From Candidatus Hydrothermarchaeota archaeon (GTDB lineage: Archaea; CAYFZR01), in NCBI GenBank assembly GCA_046760505.1, contig JBHIEG010000001.1:32001-96000 (forward strand): a DNA stretch of 64,000 nucleotides, written 5' to 3'. Under the pieces are notes generated by a model that was given only the letters and a program-made list of their open reading frames with translations, had not been told where the DNA came from and searched no databases. How positions within the stretch are numbered: position 1 is the first letter of the stretch; every line of letters starts with the position of its first letter. The position numbers were made by a program, and so were the translations under genes. Positions 1-8,275 of this stretch are shown one piece after another.

Positions 1-462
1 CAGTACATCTCCGCAGACAAAAACGTCTTTTTTCTCAAGCATTAAAGTTAGGGGTTCAGCCCTCTCTTCATTGTAAGGATCTGGAACATCCAGATCTCCA
101 AGCATTTTATTTTCTAAAGCAGGTTTCTCGATTGAAATAGATCCTCTCTCTGGAACTCTTAGTATCGTGCCCAATTCAGTTTCTAGTAGCAGATAGTTAG
201 GGAATTTTTTAATGGAATTCTTTTCTTTTTCTGTAATGCCCTGGATGGTCTGATGATTCCATATCCAGTCGTATCCGAGACTTTCTTGGCAATAGATCTG
301 GGCTCGAGCGTACATCTCGTTATTAAGTACGTATTCAAATGTGGATATGCCTGAATACTTGGATGCAAAGGCTATGTTAATCATTGGGGCAACAGGAATG
401 AAATCTGGCTCTTCTTTGTTTAAAACGCTCATCATCCTCTCATGGGAGTTCAACTCTTTCAC
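1..462 (-). CDS. Uroporphyrinogen decarboxylase/MtaA-family (methylcobamide methyltransferase-like) protein, 5' part (runs off window start)
   Basis: Not in ORF track. Manual translation from GTG 462/TTG 453: (MKE)LNSHERMMSVLNKEEPDFIPVAPMINIAFASKYSG...LGYDWIW...ETELG...VFVCGDVL. Typical URO-D/MtaA N-terminus; resembles the paralog at 4992-5957 (PVAP, GYDW, ETELG). Confidence 0.8.
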   Translation of the reverse strand, partial: MKELNSHERMMSVLNKEEPDFIPVAPMINIAFASKYSGISTFEYVLNNEMYARAQIYCQESLGYDWIWNHQTIQGITEKEKNSIKKFPNYLLLETELGTILRVPERGSISIEKPALENKMLGDLDVPDPYNEERAEPLTLMLEKKDVFVCGDVL

Positions 463-508
463 GATCTAAGTTTTAAATCTCAGGAGTTATATTAAGTTTG
501 GGAATAAC

Positions 509-1591
509 ATGCGGAAAATCGGTATGAGAAAAGGCAAGCGTAGGGCAATAAACACGGTGGGTGAGATAAGTAAAGTTTTCGAAAAATCAGCTCATGAAAA
601 ACGGTACGAAATAGAGATTAAAAAAATCCATGACAAAAATCCCCTTTGTAGATTAGTATGCGATCACGAAATAGGAGATAAAATGGAAAGAATTATTTAC
701 CTGGTTCTTTTTCCATGGAGGGCAGAATTAGAGAGAGAAAATTTTGAGAAAGATGTTTACACATTGCTGAGATTAGAGAATGAGGAGTTAGAAGGGGCTC
801 AAAGACACATGTACTTCCAATCCATCCAAGGTAAGTATCCTATTAGGAGCATGGAACTCTGGCTAGATAACAGAGGCCGGGCAAGACAAATTTCGAGAGA
901 AGAAATATATTATTTCACCCTTATAGATAAGAAAAAGGAATTTTTCGAGAGATATGAAAGAGGAGCAATACCACCTAGGTTAAGTAAAGGTAAAAGAAGT
1001 GAGCCTGATATGGTGAGCGAGAAAAGAATCAGAAGTTTTATTGATATGTCTGAGAAATGGAGCGCAGACATAGTTTTAGACGTTGCAGCGGGTGTTAAAG
1101 ATTACATAAAAAAACTAATTGAAAGAAATTTTTTCGTAATTTGTGCTAACATTTCTTTTTCCTCACTAAAGAGCGTAAGAGACTCTTTTTCCGAAAAAAA
1201 TCTTGCCTTCTTAGTTTATGATGCCGATAAACGCTTGCCCTTCAAAGAGAACTCGTTTAACTACGTAATCTGCGATGCAGTCCTTGAGTATCTTCTCGAC
1301 CCAGTCTCATTCATCCGGCAAATTTCTGACTTACTACCATACGGCGGAGAGATGCTTCTCCTTGAGCCCATTAGATCAAAAGTAAAAGATGATTTCTATC
1401 CTCAGGATATGTGGGAGCTTGCCTTGTGGAGACCTTTGTACGATCCTCATTTCAACTTCGAAATTGTTCAGGAAAACCTTAAAAAATCTGGTTTTGAAGT
1501 AATAGAGAGAAGAGAGCTGGAATTTAGTTATTCTATATATGATGAGGAATTTTTCAGACAATCCATTTCCAGATGCCTTAAGATGGATTAA
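509..1591 (+). CDS. Class I SAM-dependent methyltransferase with uncharacterised N-terminal domain
   Basis: C-terminal half has VLDVAAG (motif I variant), YDADKRLPFKENSFNYVIC, LEYLLDP, LPYGGEMLLLE. Confidence 0.75.
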   Translation: MRKIGMRKGKRRAINTVGEISKVFEKSAHEKRYEIEIKKIHDKNPLCRLVCDHEIGDKMERIIYLVLFPWRAELERENFEKDVYTLLRLENEELEGAQRHMYFQSIQGKYPIRSMELWLDNRGRARQISREEIYYFTLIDKKKEFFERYERGAIPPRLSKGKRSEPDMVSEKRIRSFIDMSEKWSADIVLDVAAGVKDYIKKLIERNFFVICANISFSSLKSVRDSFSEKNLAFLVYDADKRLPFKENSFNYVICDAVLEYLLDPVSFIRQISDLLPYGGEMLLLEPIRSKVKDDFYPQDMWELALWRPLYDPHFNFEIVQENLKKSGFEVIERRELEFSYSIYDEEFFRQSISRCLKMD

Positions 1592-1675
1592 TTGGGTTAG
1601 CAACTAAATCATAGTTATATTTTAGAAATCATACCGTTAACATTATATTCTCAAAACAAAGAAAAGTTATCAAGC

Positions 1676-2857
1676 GTGATAACAATGCTTGGGGTCGTTG
1701 ATGTTTCTTATTATAGTGAGGTTAAAGAATTAGAGAGTATTCGTCTCTTATACCAATATAATGCCAGTTTATGGGACAGATGGGCCAAGCATGTTAGAAA
1801 AGGAGGAAAAGTTGTTGGAACCTTAGCATGTCCTCCAACAGAATTACTGAATGCTTATGATGTATTTACCATAGTCTACAAGAGGCGTGAAGACCTGAAT
1901 AGAGCGATCATAAAGGGAGACTACGAATTGAAGAAGTGGATCAGTCACTTTGGCGTGGGAGAATGTATCTGTCGCAACATAAGTGGGGGAGCAGGATCTC
2001 CAATTCTTGGCGCTTCTCCTGGTTATAATCTTGTAGTTACAGATTTCGTTGAAAAAGTACCGGAATGGTACTATTTTTTAAAAAAAATTGGCAACGAATG
2101 GAATTTTGAATTTTTAGAAATTGAAAGAGGTCTGAGCAGGAGAGAGAGGGAAGAGATTATCTACGATAGGTTGCTCTATTTGAATGATTTGTTAATTCAA
2201 TTAACAGGTGAGAAGGTCTCCGAAGACAGGATAGTCGAGAGTTGCGAAATGACAAACGAGATTAGTTTAGTATTCCAAGAAATCGATACGCTTATAAGAA
2301 AATCTCATCCTCTGAGGAGTTTTGATGTCTACAACCTCAAGGTCATATGCACGGATTATGTTGGCGGCGAAGTTGATGCAATCTTGGACTTGTGCTATCG
2401 TTTGATAGAGGAACTGAAAACCAAGTTAAAAGAGGCAGAAAGAAGAGAGGCAAAAAGACTTCTTCTTGTAGGGGGATTCAGAAACGAATTTTTGGAGCCA
2501 ATAGAGCGTAATGGCGGTATTGTTACAGCGGCATGGCCATATCAACGGTTTACATCTCATAGAACCCCAATTAAAATAAGATCTGACGTATTCAGGTCAC
2601 TCGCCAGATGGATATCCAATCACTCTGGAATAGGAACACCTAGAGAAGACGCTTTGGATATGAAGGATATGATAAAAACCTACGAAATCGATGGAGTTAT
2701 ATACCACAAGCAGTGTCCCTTCGGGATTAAAGCGGTATACGAATCCTACAAGGATATAAGGGATTCAATAAAAATTCCATTCCTCACCATAAACCCTGAA
2801 GAGTGCAACGTTGAGAACAAAATTCGAGAATTTCTGCTTGCTCTACATGAAACCTGA
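1676..2857 (+). CDS. 2-hydroxyacyl-CoA dehydratase (HgdA/B, HGD-D) family Fe-S protein, divergent
   Basis: GGKVVGTLACPPTELL, LTGEKVSEDRI, KRLLLVGG, IERNGGIV, YEIDGVIYHKQCPF, IPFLTI match the HGD-D pattern. Confidence 0.7.
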   Translation: MITMLGVVDVSYYSEVKELESIRLLYQYNASLWDRWAKHVRKGGKVVGTLACPPTELLNAYDVFTIVYKRREDLNRAIIKGDYELKKWISHFGVGECICRNISGGAGSPILGASPGYNLVVTDFVEKVPEWYYFLKKIGNEWNFEFLEIERGLSRREREEIIYDRLLYLNDLLIQLTGEKVSEDRIVESCEMTNEISLVFQEIDTLIRKSHPLRSFDVYNLKVICTDYVGGEVDAILDLCYRLIEELKTKLKEAERREAKRLLLVGGFRNEFLEPIERNGGIVTAAWPYQRFTSHRTPIKIRSDVFRSLARWISNHSGIGTPREDALDMKDMIKTYEIDGVIYHKQCPFGIKAVYESYKDIRDSIKIPFLTINPEECNVENKIREFLLALHET

Positions 2858-2867
2858 AGGGCTCTTG

Positions 2868-4373
2868 ATGGAAAAAATCAAGGTCAAATTCATTGGAGAC
2901 TCCCTGAGAAATCCAGTATCTGTCAAGGTAAAACGAGGGACCTCAGTTCTAGATGCAGCAATCAAAGGAGGAGTAGAAATTGATGCTCCGTGTGGTGGAA
3001 AAAATAGGTGCGGAAAATGCATCGTTAAGGTAAACTCTCAGCGTGTTCTGGCTTGCTCCACCAAGATCTTTCATGATATCATTGTAGAAGTAGAGAGCCA
3101 AACTGCTAGAATTTTAAAAGATCTCGCTATATCGAATTTTGAGGTAAACCATTCTTTTCGCATTAAAAATTTGGATGGTTCATCTGTTTTGATGAGAGAT
3201 GGAGAGATATTGGGATATACCAACGATTTATACGGAGTTTCACTTGATATAGGAACTACAACTCTCTCGGGATATCTTGTAGACCTTAAAAATGGAGTTC
3301 TAATGGATAAAAAATCCATTACCAATCCTCAAGTATCCTTTGGTGCTGATGTGATATCAAGAATTTCCTACGCAATAAAAAACGGAAGGCATGAGCTCAC
3401 TAATTTTCTTCTAAAAGGTATCAATCAACTCATAAGAGAACTCTGCAAGAATGATGTTGACCCCAGTAGTATTTACTACTCTACCGTTGTGGGGAATTCA
3501 GTTATGCATCATTTTTTACTTGGTCTAGACACCAAGAATCTTGGTTTTTATCCGTACAAACCCCTCATTAAAAAAGGCACAGAAAAAAAAGCAAAGGACA
3601 TTGGAATAAGTATAAACCCCTCAGGATACGTATATTTCTTGCCCCTAGTCAACGGCCACGTGGGTAGCGATGCCCTGGGCATGATCATCGCTCTTGAGAT
3701 TCATAAATCAAATGAAACCTGTTTGGCGATAGATCTCGGAACCAATGGCGAGATCATTATAGGCAATAAGAAGAAAATACTCGCTTGTTCTTCCGCGGCA
3801 GGTCCTGCTTTCGAGGGCACCAATATTTCAAGCGGCATGAGGGCTACTGACGGTGCAATAGAACGTGTATGGAAAAATTTTGGATACAAAACCATAGGTA
3901 ATAAACCAGCAAGGGGAATATGCGGCTCTGGCTTAATAGATGCGATTGCTGAAATGCTAAAATCTGGCATAATAAATAGAAATGGAAAGTTGCTTAAGGA
4001 ATTCAGCATTGGAGGGATCAGAATAACCCAGAGAGATATAAGGGAATTCCAACTTGCAAAGGCAGCTATTAGAACAGGAATAGACATCCTTGTAAACATG
4101 CTTGAACCTCCAAAAAAAATTTACATTTCCGGGGCTTTTGGTAACTATATAGATAGAGAAAACGCAATTTACTTGGGCTTGCTCCCTCAATCCAAGCATA
4201 TATTCTATGCAGGAAATGCAGCTGGTCTTGGGGCGATTAAATCTATGTTGTCCGATTCGATAAAAAAAGAGGCTGAAGAAATTGCGGAAAAAATTGAATA
4301 CATAGAGTTATCTACTCAACCGGAGTTTGAATCGATATTCATGAAGAACATAAGGTTCGGAGAATATGCTTAG
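2868..4373 (+). CDS. ASKHA-domain reductive activator of corrinoid proteins (RACo/DUF4445) with N-terminal 2Fe-2S domain
   Basis: CGGKNRCGKC...LAC ferredoxin motif; DIGTTT, NPQ..FGADVISRI, DLGTNGE, AAGPAFEG, GICGSG, QLAKAAI, GAFG, GNAA. Start reassigned to ATG 2868. Confidence 0.92.
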   Translation: MEKIKVKFIGDSLRNPVSVKVKRGTSVLDAAIKGGVEIDAPCGGKNRCGKCIVKVNSQRVLACSTKIFHDIIVEVESQTARILKDLAISNFEVNHSFRIKNLDGSSVLMRDGEILGYTNDLYGVSLDIGTTTLSGYLVDLKNGVLMDKKSITNPQVSFGADVISRISYAIKNGRHELTNFLLKGINQLIRELCKNDVDPSSIYYSTVVGNSVMHHFLLGLDTKNLGFYPYKPLIKKGTEKKAKDIGISINPSGYVYFLPLVNGHVGSDALGMIIALEIHKSNETCLAIDLGTNGEIIIGNKKKILACSSAAGPAFEGTNISSGMRATDGAIERVWKNFGYKTIGNKPARGICGSGLIDAIAEMLKSGIINRNGKLLKEFSIGGIRITQRDIREFQLAKAAIRTGIDILVNMLEPPKKIYISGAFGNYIDRENAIYLGLLPQSKHIFYAGNAAGLGAIKSMLSDSIKKEAEEIAEKIEYIELSTQPEFESIFMKNIRFGEYA

Positions 4374-4980
4374 GGAGGCAATTGTAGAAGGGAAAATCAA
4401 TGAGATAGAGGAAATAATAAGAGATCTTTTAAAAAGTGAGAATCCAAACTCAATACTAAAAGAAATGATCAAAGCGATGGAAATAGTAGGAGATTTGTTT
4501 GAAAAAAAAGAGTATTACGTTCCAGAAGTCCTTCTTTCTGCCCATACAATGCAGAAAGGTCTAAACATCTTAAAACCCCATTTAGTTGTAGAAGAAGTTA
4601 ATGTCCCGGGAAAGGTGCTCATAGGATCTGTCGAGGGAGACGTCCATGATATAGGAAAAAATCTTGTAGCGATGTTTTTAGAGGGATCAGGCTTTGAAGT
4701 CCATGATTTAGGTAGGGATGTGCCCATATCGAAGTTCATCGAGAAAACAAAGGAAATTGAGCCTGATATTTTGGCCCTTTCAGCCCTCATGACAACCACA
4801 ATGGAAAAGATGAGGGAGACAATAGAGAGACTCAGAAAAGAGGGATTGAGAGAAAAGGTTAAGGTAATAGTGGGTGGAGCATCTGTTACAGAAGAGTTCG
4901 CTAAAGAAATAGGGGCTGATGGATATGCTGAAGATGCAGTCAAGGCAGTTAGCCTTTGCGAGAAGTTAATGAAAGGTTGA
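4366..4980 (+). CDS. Corrinoid (B12-binding) protein, MtaC/MtbC-like
   Basis: Cap domain (GDLFEKKEYYVPEVLLSA), DVHDIGKNLV (DxHxxG), SALMTTT, VGGA, IGADGYAEDA. Confidence 0.95.
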   Translation: MLREAIVEGKINEIEEIIRDLLKSENPNSILKEMIKAMEIVGDLFEKKEYYVPEVLLSAHTMQKGLNILKPHLVVEEVNVPGKVLIGSVEGDVHDIGKNLVAMFLEGSGFEVHDLGRDVPISKFIEKTKEIEPDILALSALMTTTMEKMRETIERLRKEGLREKVKVIVGGASVTEEFAKEIGADGYAEDAVKAVSLCEKLMKG

Positions 4981-4991
4981 ATTTTTAAGTA

Positions 4992-5957
4992 TCACCCAGA
5001 AGAGTCAGCGAGCCTTCCAGCCTCTACGAAGATTTTGAGTCTTTCTGGAGGAGTATCCATCCTTATATGAGACCCTGTGCTCAGAATAAACCCTTTTTTA
5101 CCGATTTTGTGGACTAGATCCGATACCTCATTTACAATACCGTTTTTTTCCTGTCTAATTAATCTTTCAGGGCTATAATTTCCCATTATCGGTCTTTTTT
5201 TTATCTTTGAAATATCGGTATGCTCAGAAAAACTGGGTACTGACCTTAGAGATAAGAATTCTCTCATTATCGGGCTAGGGTCTCCACAAATGTGCAATAT
5301 CGCGTCTCCCTTAATTTTCTTTAGGATTTTTTTTTGAAAAGGATAGGAATACCTCTTATATACCTGAGAAGAGATGATATCGGGATTCGATGCTGAGTCT
5401 AAAATGAATATAGCGTCTGCGTAGTCTAATTGGACGTTAGCACAGTTTGATACAAATTCAGCAGATATTTTCAACCACTCTTTTACCATATCTGGCTCTG
5501 AGAGTATTTTTATCAAAAAATCCTCCAGTTCAAACATCCATGTCGCGCAGAATGTAAATGGTCCCAGTACTGTGCCGCATATAAACCCTGAGGTTCTTTT
5601 CCTTAAATCTTCTAGCACTTTGTTTCTTAAATCATAAAATTCAAAACTAGAGTTATGTTTAGAGACCCACGGATACCCTTTCTTTGGTACGGTTATTTGA
5701 ATTCCCAATTCAGTTTCAAATATCATATTGTCTCCAGCTATTTTTCCTTCAAAAGCAAACTCGTAGAACCAGTCTTTCCATAGCCAGTCGTAGCCGAAGT
5801 AATTTTTGGATTCGATCAAAATGTCCGCGTATACTTTAGGGTTGTTTAGGACTTTTCTTAGATCAATTCCCATTGCTGAAGCCAGATAACCAACATCCAC
5901 CAATGGCGCTACCGGTAACTTTTCGTTCCTGTTATTTATAGCATCCTTCAGACTCAT
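4992..5957 (-). CDS. Uroporphyrinogen decarboxylase/MtaA-family methyltransferase-like protein
   Basis: LPVAP, GTVLGPFT, ILHICG (HxC zinc motif), IMGN, FILSTGSH..DTPPE. Start at ATG 5957 (or TTG 5966); the upstream ORF extension is a shadow of the TPR gene. Confidence 0.85.
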   Translation of the reverse strand: MSLKDAINNRNEKLPVAPLVDVGYLASAMGIDLRKVLNNPKVYADILIESKNYFGYDWLWKDWFYEFAFEGKIAGDNMIFETELGIQITVPKKGYPWVSKHNSSFEFYDLRNKVLEDLRKRTSGFICGTVLGPFTFCATWMFELEDFLIKILSEPDMVKEWLKISAEFVSNCANVQLDYADAIFILDSASNPDIISSQVYKRYSYPFQKKILKKIKGDAILHICGDPSPIMREFLSLRSVPSFSEHTDISKIKKRPIMGNYSPERLIRQEKNGIVNEVSDLVHKIGKKGFILSTGSHIRMDTPPERLKIFVEAGRLADSSG

Positions 5958-6116
5958 GCTTTTCAATGATATGCCTCTTTTTATTTTTTGGTTTATTATA
6001 TTTACTGAAGGGAAGTTTTTTATAATCTTAGATGAAAACCCTTCGTGCCCCTTAAAAAAGAAAGATATGTGGAGCACGAAAAACAAAATAAGTAAAAACA
6101 CACAAGTATAAGTAGA

Positions 6117-6506
6117 ATGGAGAATAAGATAAAAAGCAATGAGACAAGAAGTAATAAAACAGACGAAAGCGATATGAAGAAGAATATGATAAATAAAGAT
6201 AGAATACAAGACCGAACAGCTATTGAATGGTATGAAATAGGATCTTCACTCTACAACTCCGGTAAATATGAGGAGGCGATAATCTGTTTTGATATTGCAC
6301 TTAAAATAAATCCTGAACACTATCCTTCTTTAAACGGTAAGGGAAAGGCCTTGGTTCAACTTGGAAAATTCAGAGAATCACTGGTTTTTTTCGGTAAAGC
6401 GCTTGAAATCTTTCCCGAACTCGAAGATGCAAAGCTATATAAAAAACTAGCCTTGAAAGAACTGTACAAAATCTACCAAAAAGGCTCTTGCAGGTCTGTA
6501 GAATGA
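6117..6506 (+). CDS. TPR-repeat protein
   Basis: WYEIGSSLYNSGKYEEAIICFDIALKINP and LNGKGKALVQLGKFRESLVFFGKALEIFP are two TPR units. Confidence 0.85.
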   Translation: MENKIKSNETRSNKTDESDMKKNMINKDRIQDRTAIEWYEIGSSLYNSGKYEEAIICFDIALKINPEHYPSLNGKGKALVQLGKFRESLVFFGKALEIFPELEDAKLYKKLALKELYKIYQKGSCRSVE

Positions 6507-6670
6507 GATGGATTGATTGGGAGAATTAATTTCTCCAATTAAAGAGTTATGTTGAGTAAAATGAGTTCTCACCACCCCTTACAGAATTAAGTTAGTTTAT
6601 CAAAACCGTTATATATTTACTTGCAAAAATATACAAATCTCAAAAAATAGCCTATGGGAGGGTTCACTGA

Positions 6671-7213
6671 TTGGACTATGTAATAGATAAAAGAACCGGT
6701 AAACCCATTGAAGTAAAGGTCAAATGGGCATCGTGGGAAGATAAGAGGTATTTAATCAACAGTGAGAGATGGAAAAAATCTGTTTTTGGCGGATGGCGAG
6801 GTATAGTGAATGACGGATACAACATTCGCGTATTAACTCACAAAGAGACCGGCGAAGTTCTAGGAGCTTACGCCTTTTCGATCCACAAGGAAAAAGGCTA
6901 TCTGTTCATAGACTACATCGAATCGATCGTTAAAGATGAAATAAAGTACATAGGTACAACACTGATGAAAGACGCCGTAAAACAAGCATTTCAATGCGGT
7001 TTTAAAGGTCGTGTGAGACTTATATCAAGGTGGACGAAAGAAGAGACTCAGGCTCCAGAGAAGTTTTTCCTGAAGATCGGAATGGAAAAAGAAGTGGGAA
7101 ATATACACTGCCTTGATGCAAACATACATTACTGGAACTTTTCTTTTGATGAAGAAAGTGCAAAAAAGTTTTTAGAAAAATGCGATGAGCTTCTATCGAA
7201 TAAAAATAATTAG
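6671..7213 (+). CDS. GNAT-family acetyltransferase-like protein
   Basis: LFIDYIES, YIGTTLMKDAVKQA..CGFKGRVRLIS, EKFFLKIGM resemble GNAT motifs A and B. TTG start with GGAGG upstream. Confidence 0.65.
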   Translation: MDYVIDKRTGKPIEVKVKWASWEDKRYLINSERWKKSVFGGWRGIVNDGYNIRVLTHKETGEVLGAYAFSIHKEKGYLFIDYIESIVKDEIKYIGTTLMKDAVKQAFQCGFKGRVRLISRWTKEETQAPEKFFLKIGMEKEVGNIHCLDANIHYWNFSFDEESAKKFLEKCDELLSNKNN

Positions 7214-7232
7214 CACATATACCCTTAAACCA

Positions 7233-8192
7233 TCATCTTTTTAATTTCTGAAAAATCTTTTGAACTCTTTCTATCAAATCCTCTCTTATTTCTTTTTTCT
7301 CAATTTTTCCAGGATCTTCTTCTTGTTTGTACTCAATTTCTGCTAGTTCACAAATAACACCATAGATTGCTTGCTCCGCAACCTTAATAACCGATCCACC
7401 ACTCAGAATATAAAGTAATTTACCGTTACATACACTTTTAGCGTTTAATTTCAAGATCCTTGTGAATTTAGGATAAAATTCCCAACTCAACTTAAATGAG
7501 CCGTAATCGAGGTAATGGGAATCGTGTCCGAAAATAACCATTATCATCTCAGGATTAAACTTTTTTGTGAGTACAGGCACGATGGAATCTACCACGTAAA
7601 GGAATTCATTGTCCACTATATCTCGAGGTAGGGGAAAATCTATATTTTTGTTATGTAAATCAACCCTTTCCTCTGTTCCTCCATGAAAATTCAGGTGAAA
7701 AACCTCTTTATCCTGTTCAAAAAAATCCCTAGTTCCGTCACCAAAATGGGGATCGATGTCAACTATGAAGAATTTATTAACTCCATAATTTTTTCTTAGA
7801 TATTCAACCAATATTGCTACGTCATTGAAAAAACAAAAGCCCCAGGCACTCTCTTTACTTGCATGGTGTCCTGCTGTGCCGACGTATGCGAAGGCATTTT
7901 CAAATTCTCCTCTAATCAGAGATTCTCCACACACCAAGACGCTACCAGCGGATAGCAAGGCGATGTCGAAGTAATCTGTAGCCATTACGCTTGAGATGTG
8001 CTTTCCACTATGAACTTTCTTCAAGAGATCAAGAGAGACAGGTGAGGGTTTTCTAACATGAATATTATTTTTATCAGTAAGTGATTTAGCCTTTAAGTAA
8101 TCAAACGAGGGATTCACTCTATATTTGGTTGTCCAGTATCCGTGTTTTCCAAAATCTTCATGGTACGATATCAAGGTCTTTTTAATCGCCAT
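7233..8192 (-). CDS. Histone deacetylase-family (Zn-dependent amidohydrolase) protein
   Basis: AGHHA, GFCFFNDVA, DIDPHFGDGT, GHDSH..D; the EGGY motif appears as SGGS. Confidence 0.9.
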   Translation of the reverse strand: MAIKKTLISYHEDFGKHGYWTTKYRVNPSFDYLKAKSLTDKNNIHVRKPSPVSLDLLKKVHSGKHISSVMATDYFDIALLSAGSVLVCGESLIRGEFENAFAYVGTAGHHASKESAWGFCFFNDVAILVEYLRKNYGVNKFFIVDIDPHFGDGTRDFFEQDKEVFHLNFHGGTEERVDLHNKNIDFPLPRDIVDNEFLYVVDSIVPVLTKKFNPEMIMVIFGHDSHYLDYGSFKLSWEFYPKFTRILKLNAKSVCNGKLLYILSGGSVIKVAEQAIYGVICELAEIEYKQEEDPGKIEKKEIREDLIERVQKIFQKLKR

Positions 8193-8275
8193 ATAAACGG
8201 GCCTTGATAGTTTTCTAAAAGAAATGTGAGTAGTTTTAATCTTGCCCTCCTCTCCAAGCTTAGTTATTTAAAATT

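Noticed and set aside
1-5957. Pyrrolysine or selenocysteine read-through in the methyltransferase cluster
   Set aside because: No MttB/MtbB/MtmB homolog and no in-frame TAG/TGA splitting a recognisable domain.
5958-6209. Hydrophobic 84-aa N-terminal extension of the MtaA-like ORF, suggesting a membrane anchor
   Set aside because: It is the antisense of the TPR gene start plus AT-rich intergenic DNA; family similarity starts near 5957.
6516-6540. Inverted repeat GGAGAA-TTAAT-TTCTCC after the TPR gene
   Set aside because: Single short hairpin; could be a terminator or binding site, but no second copy or associated mobile element was found.
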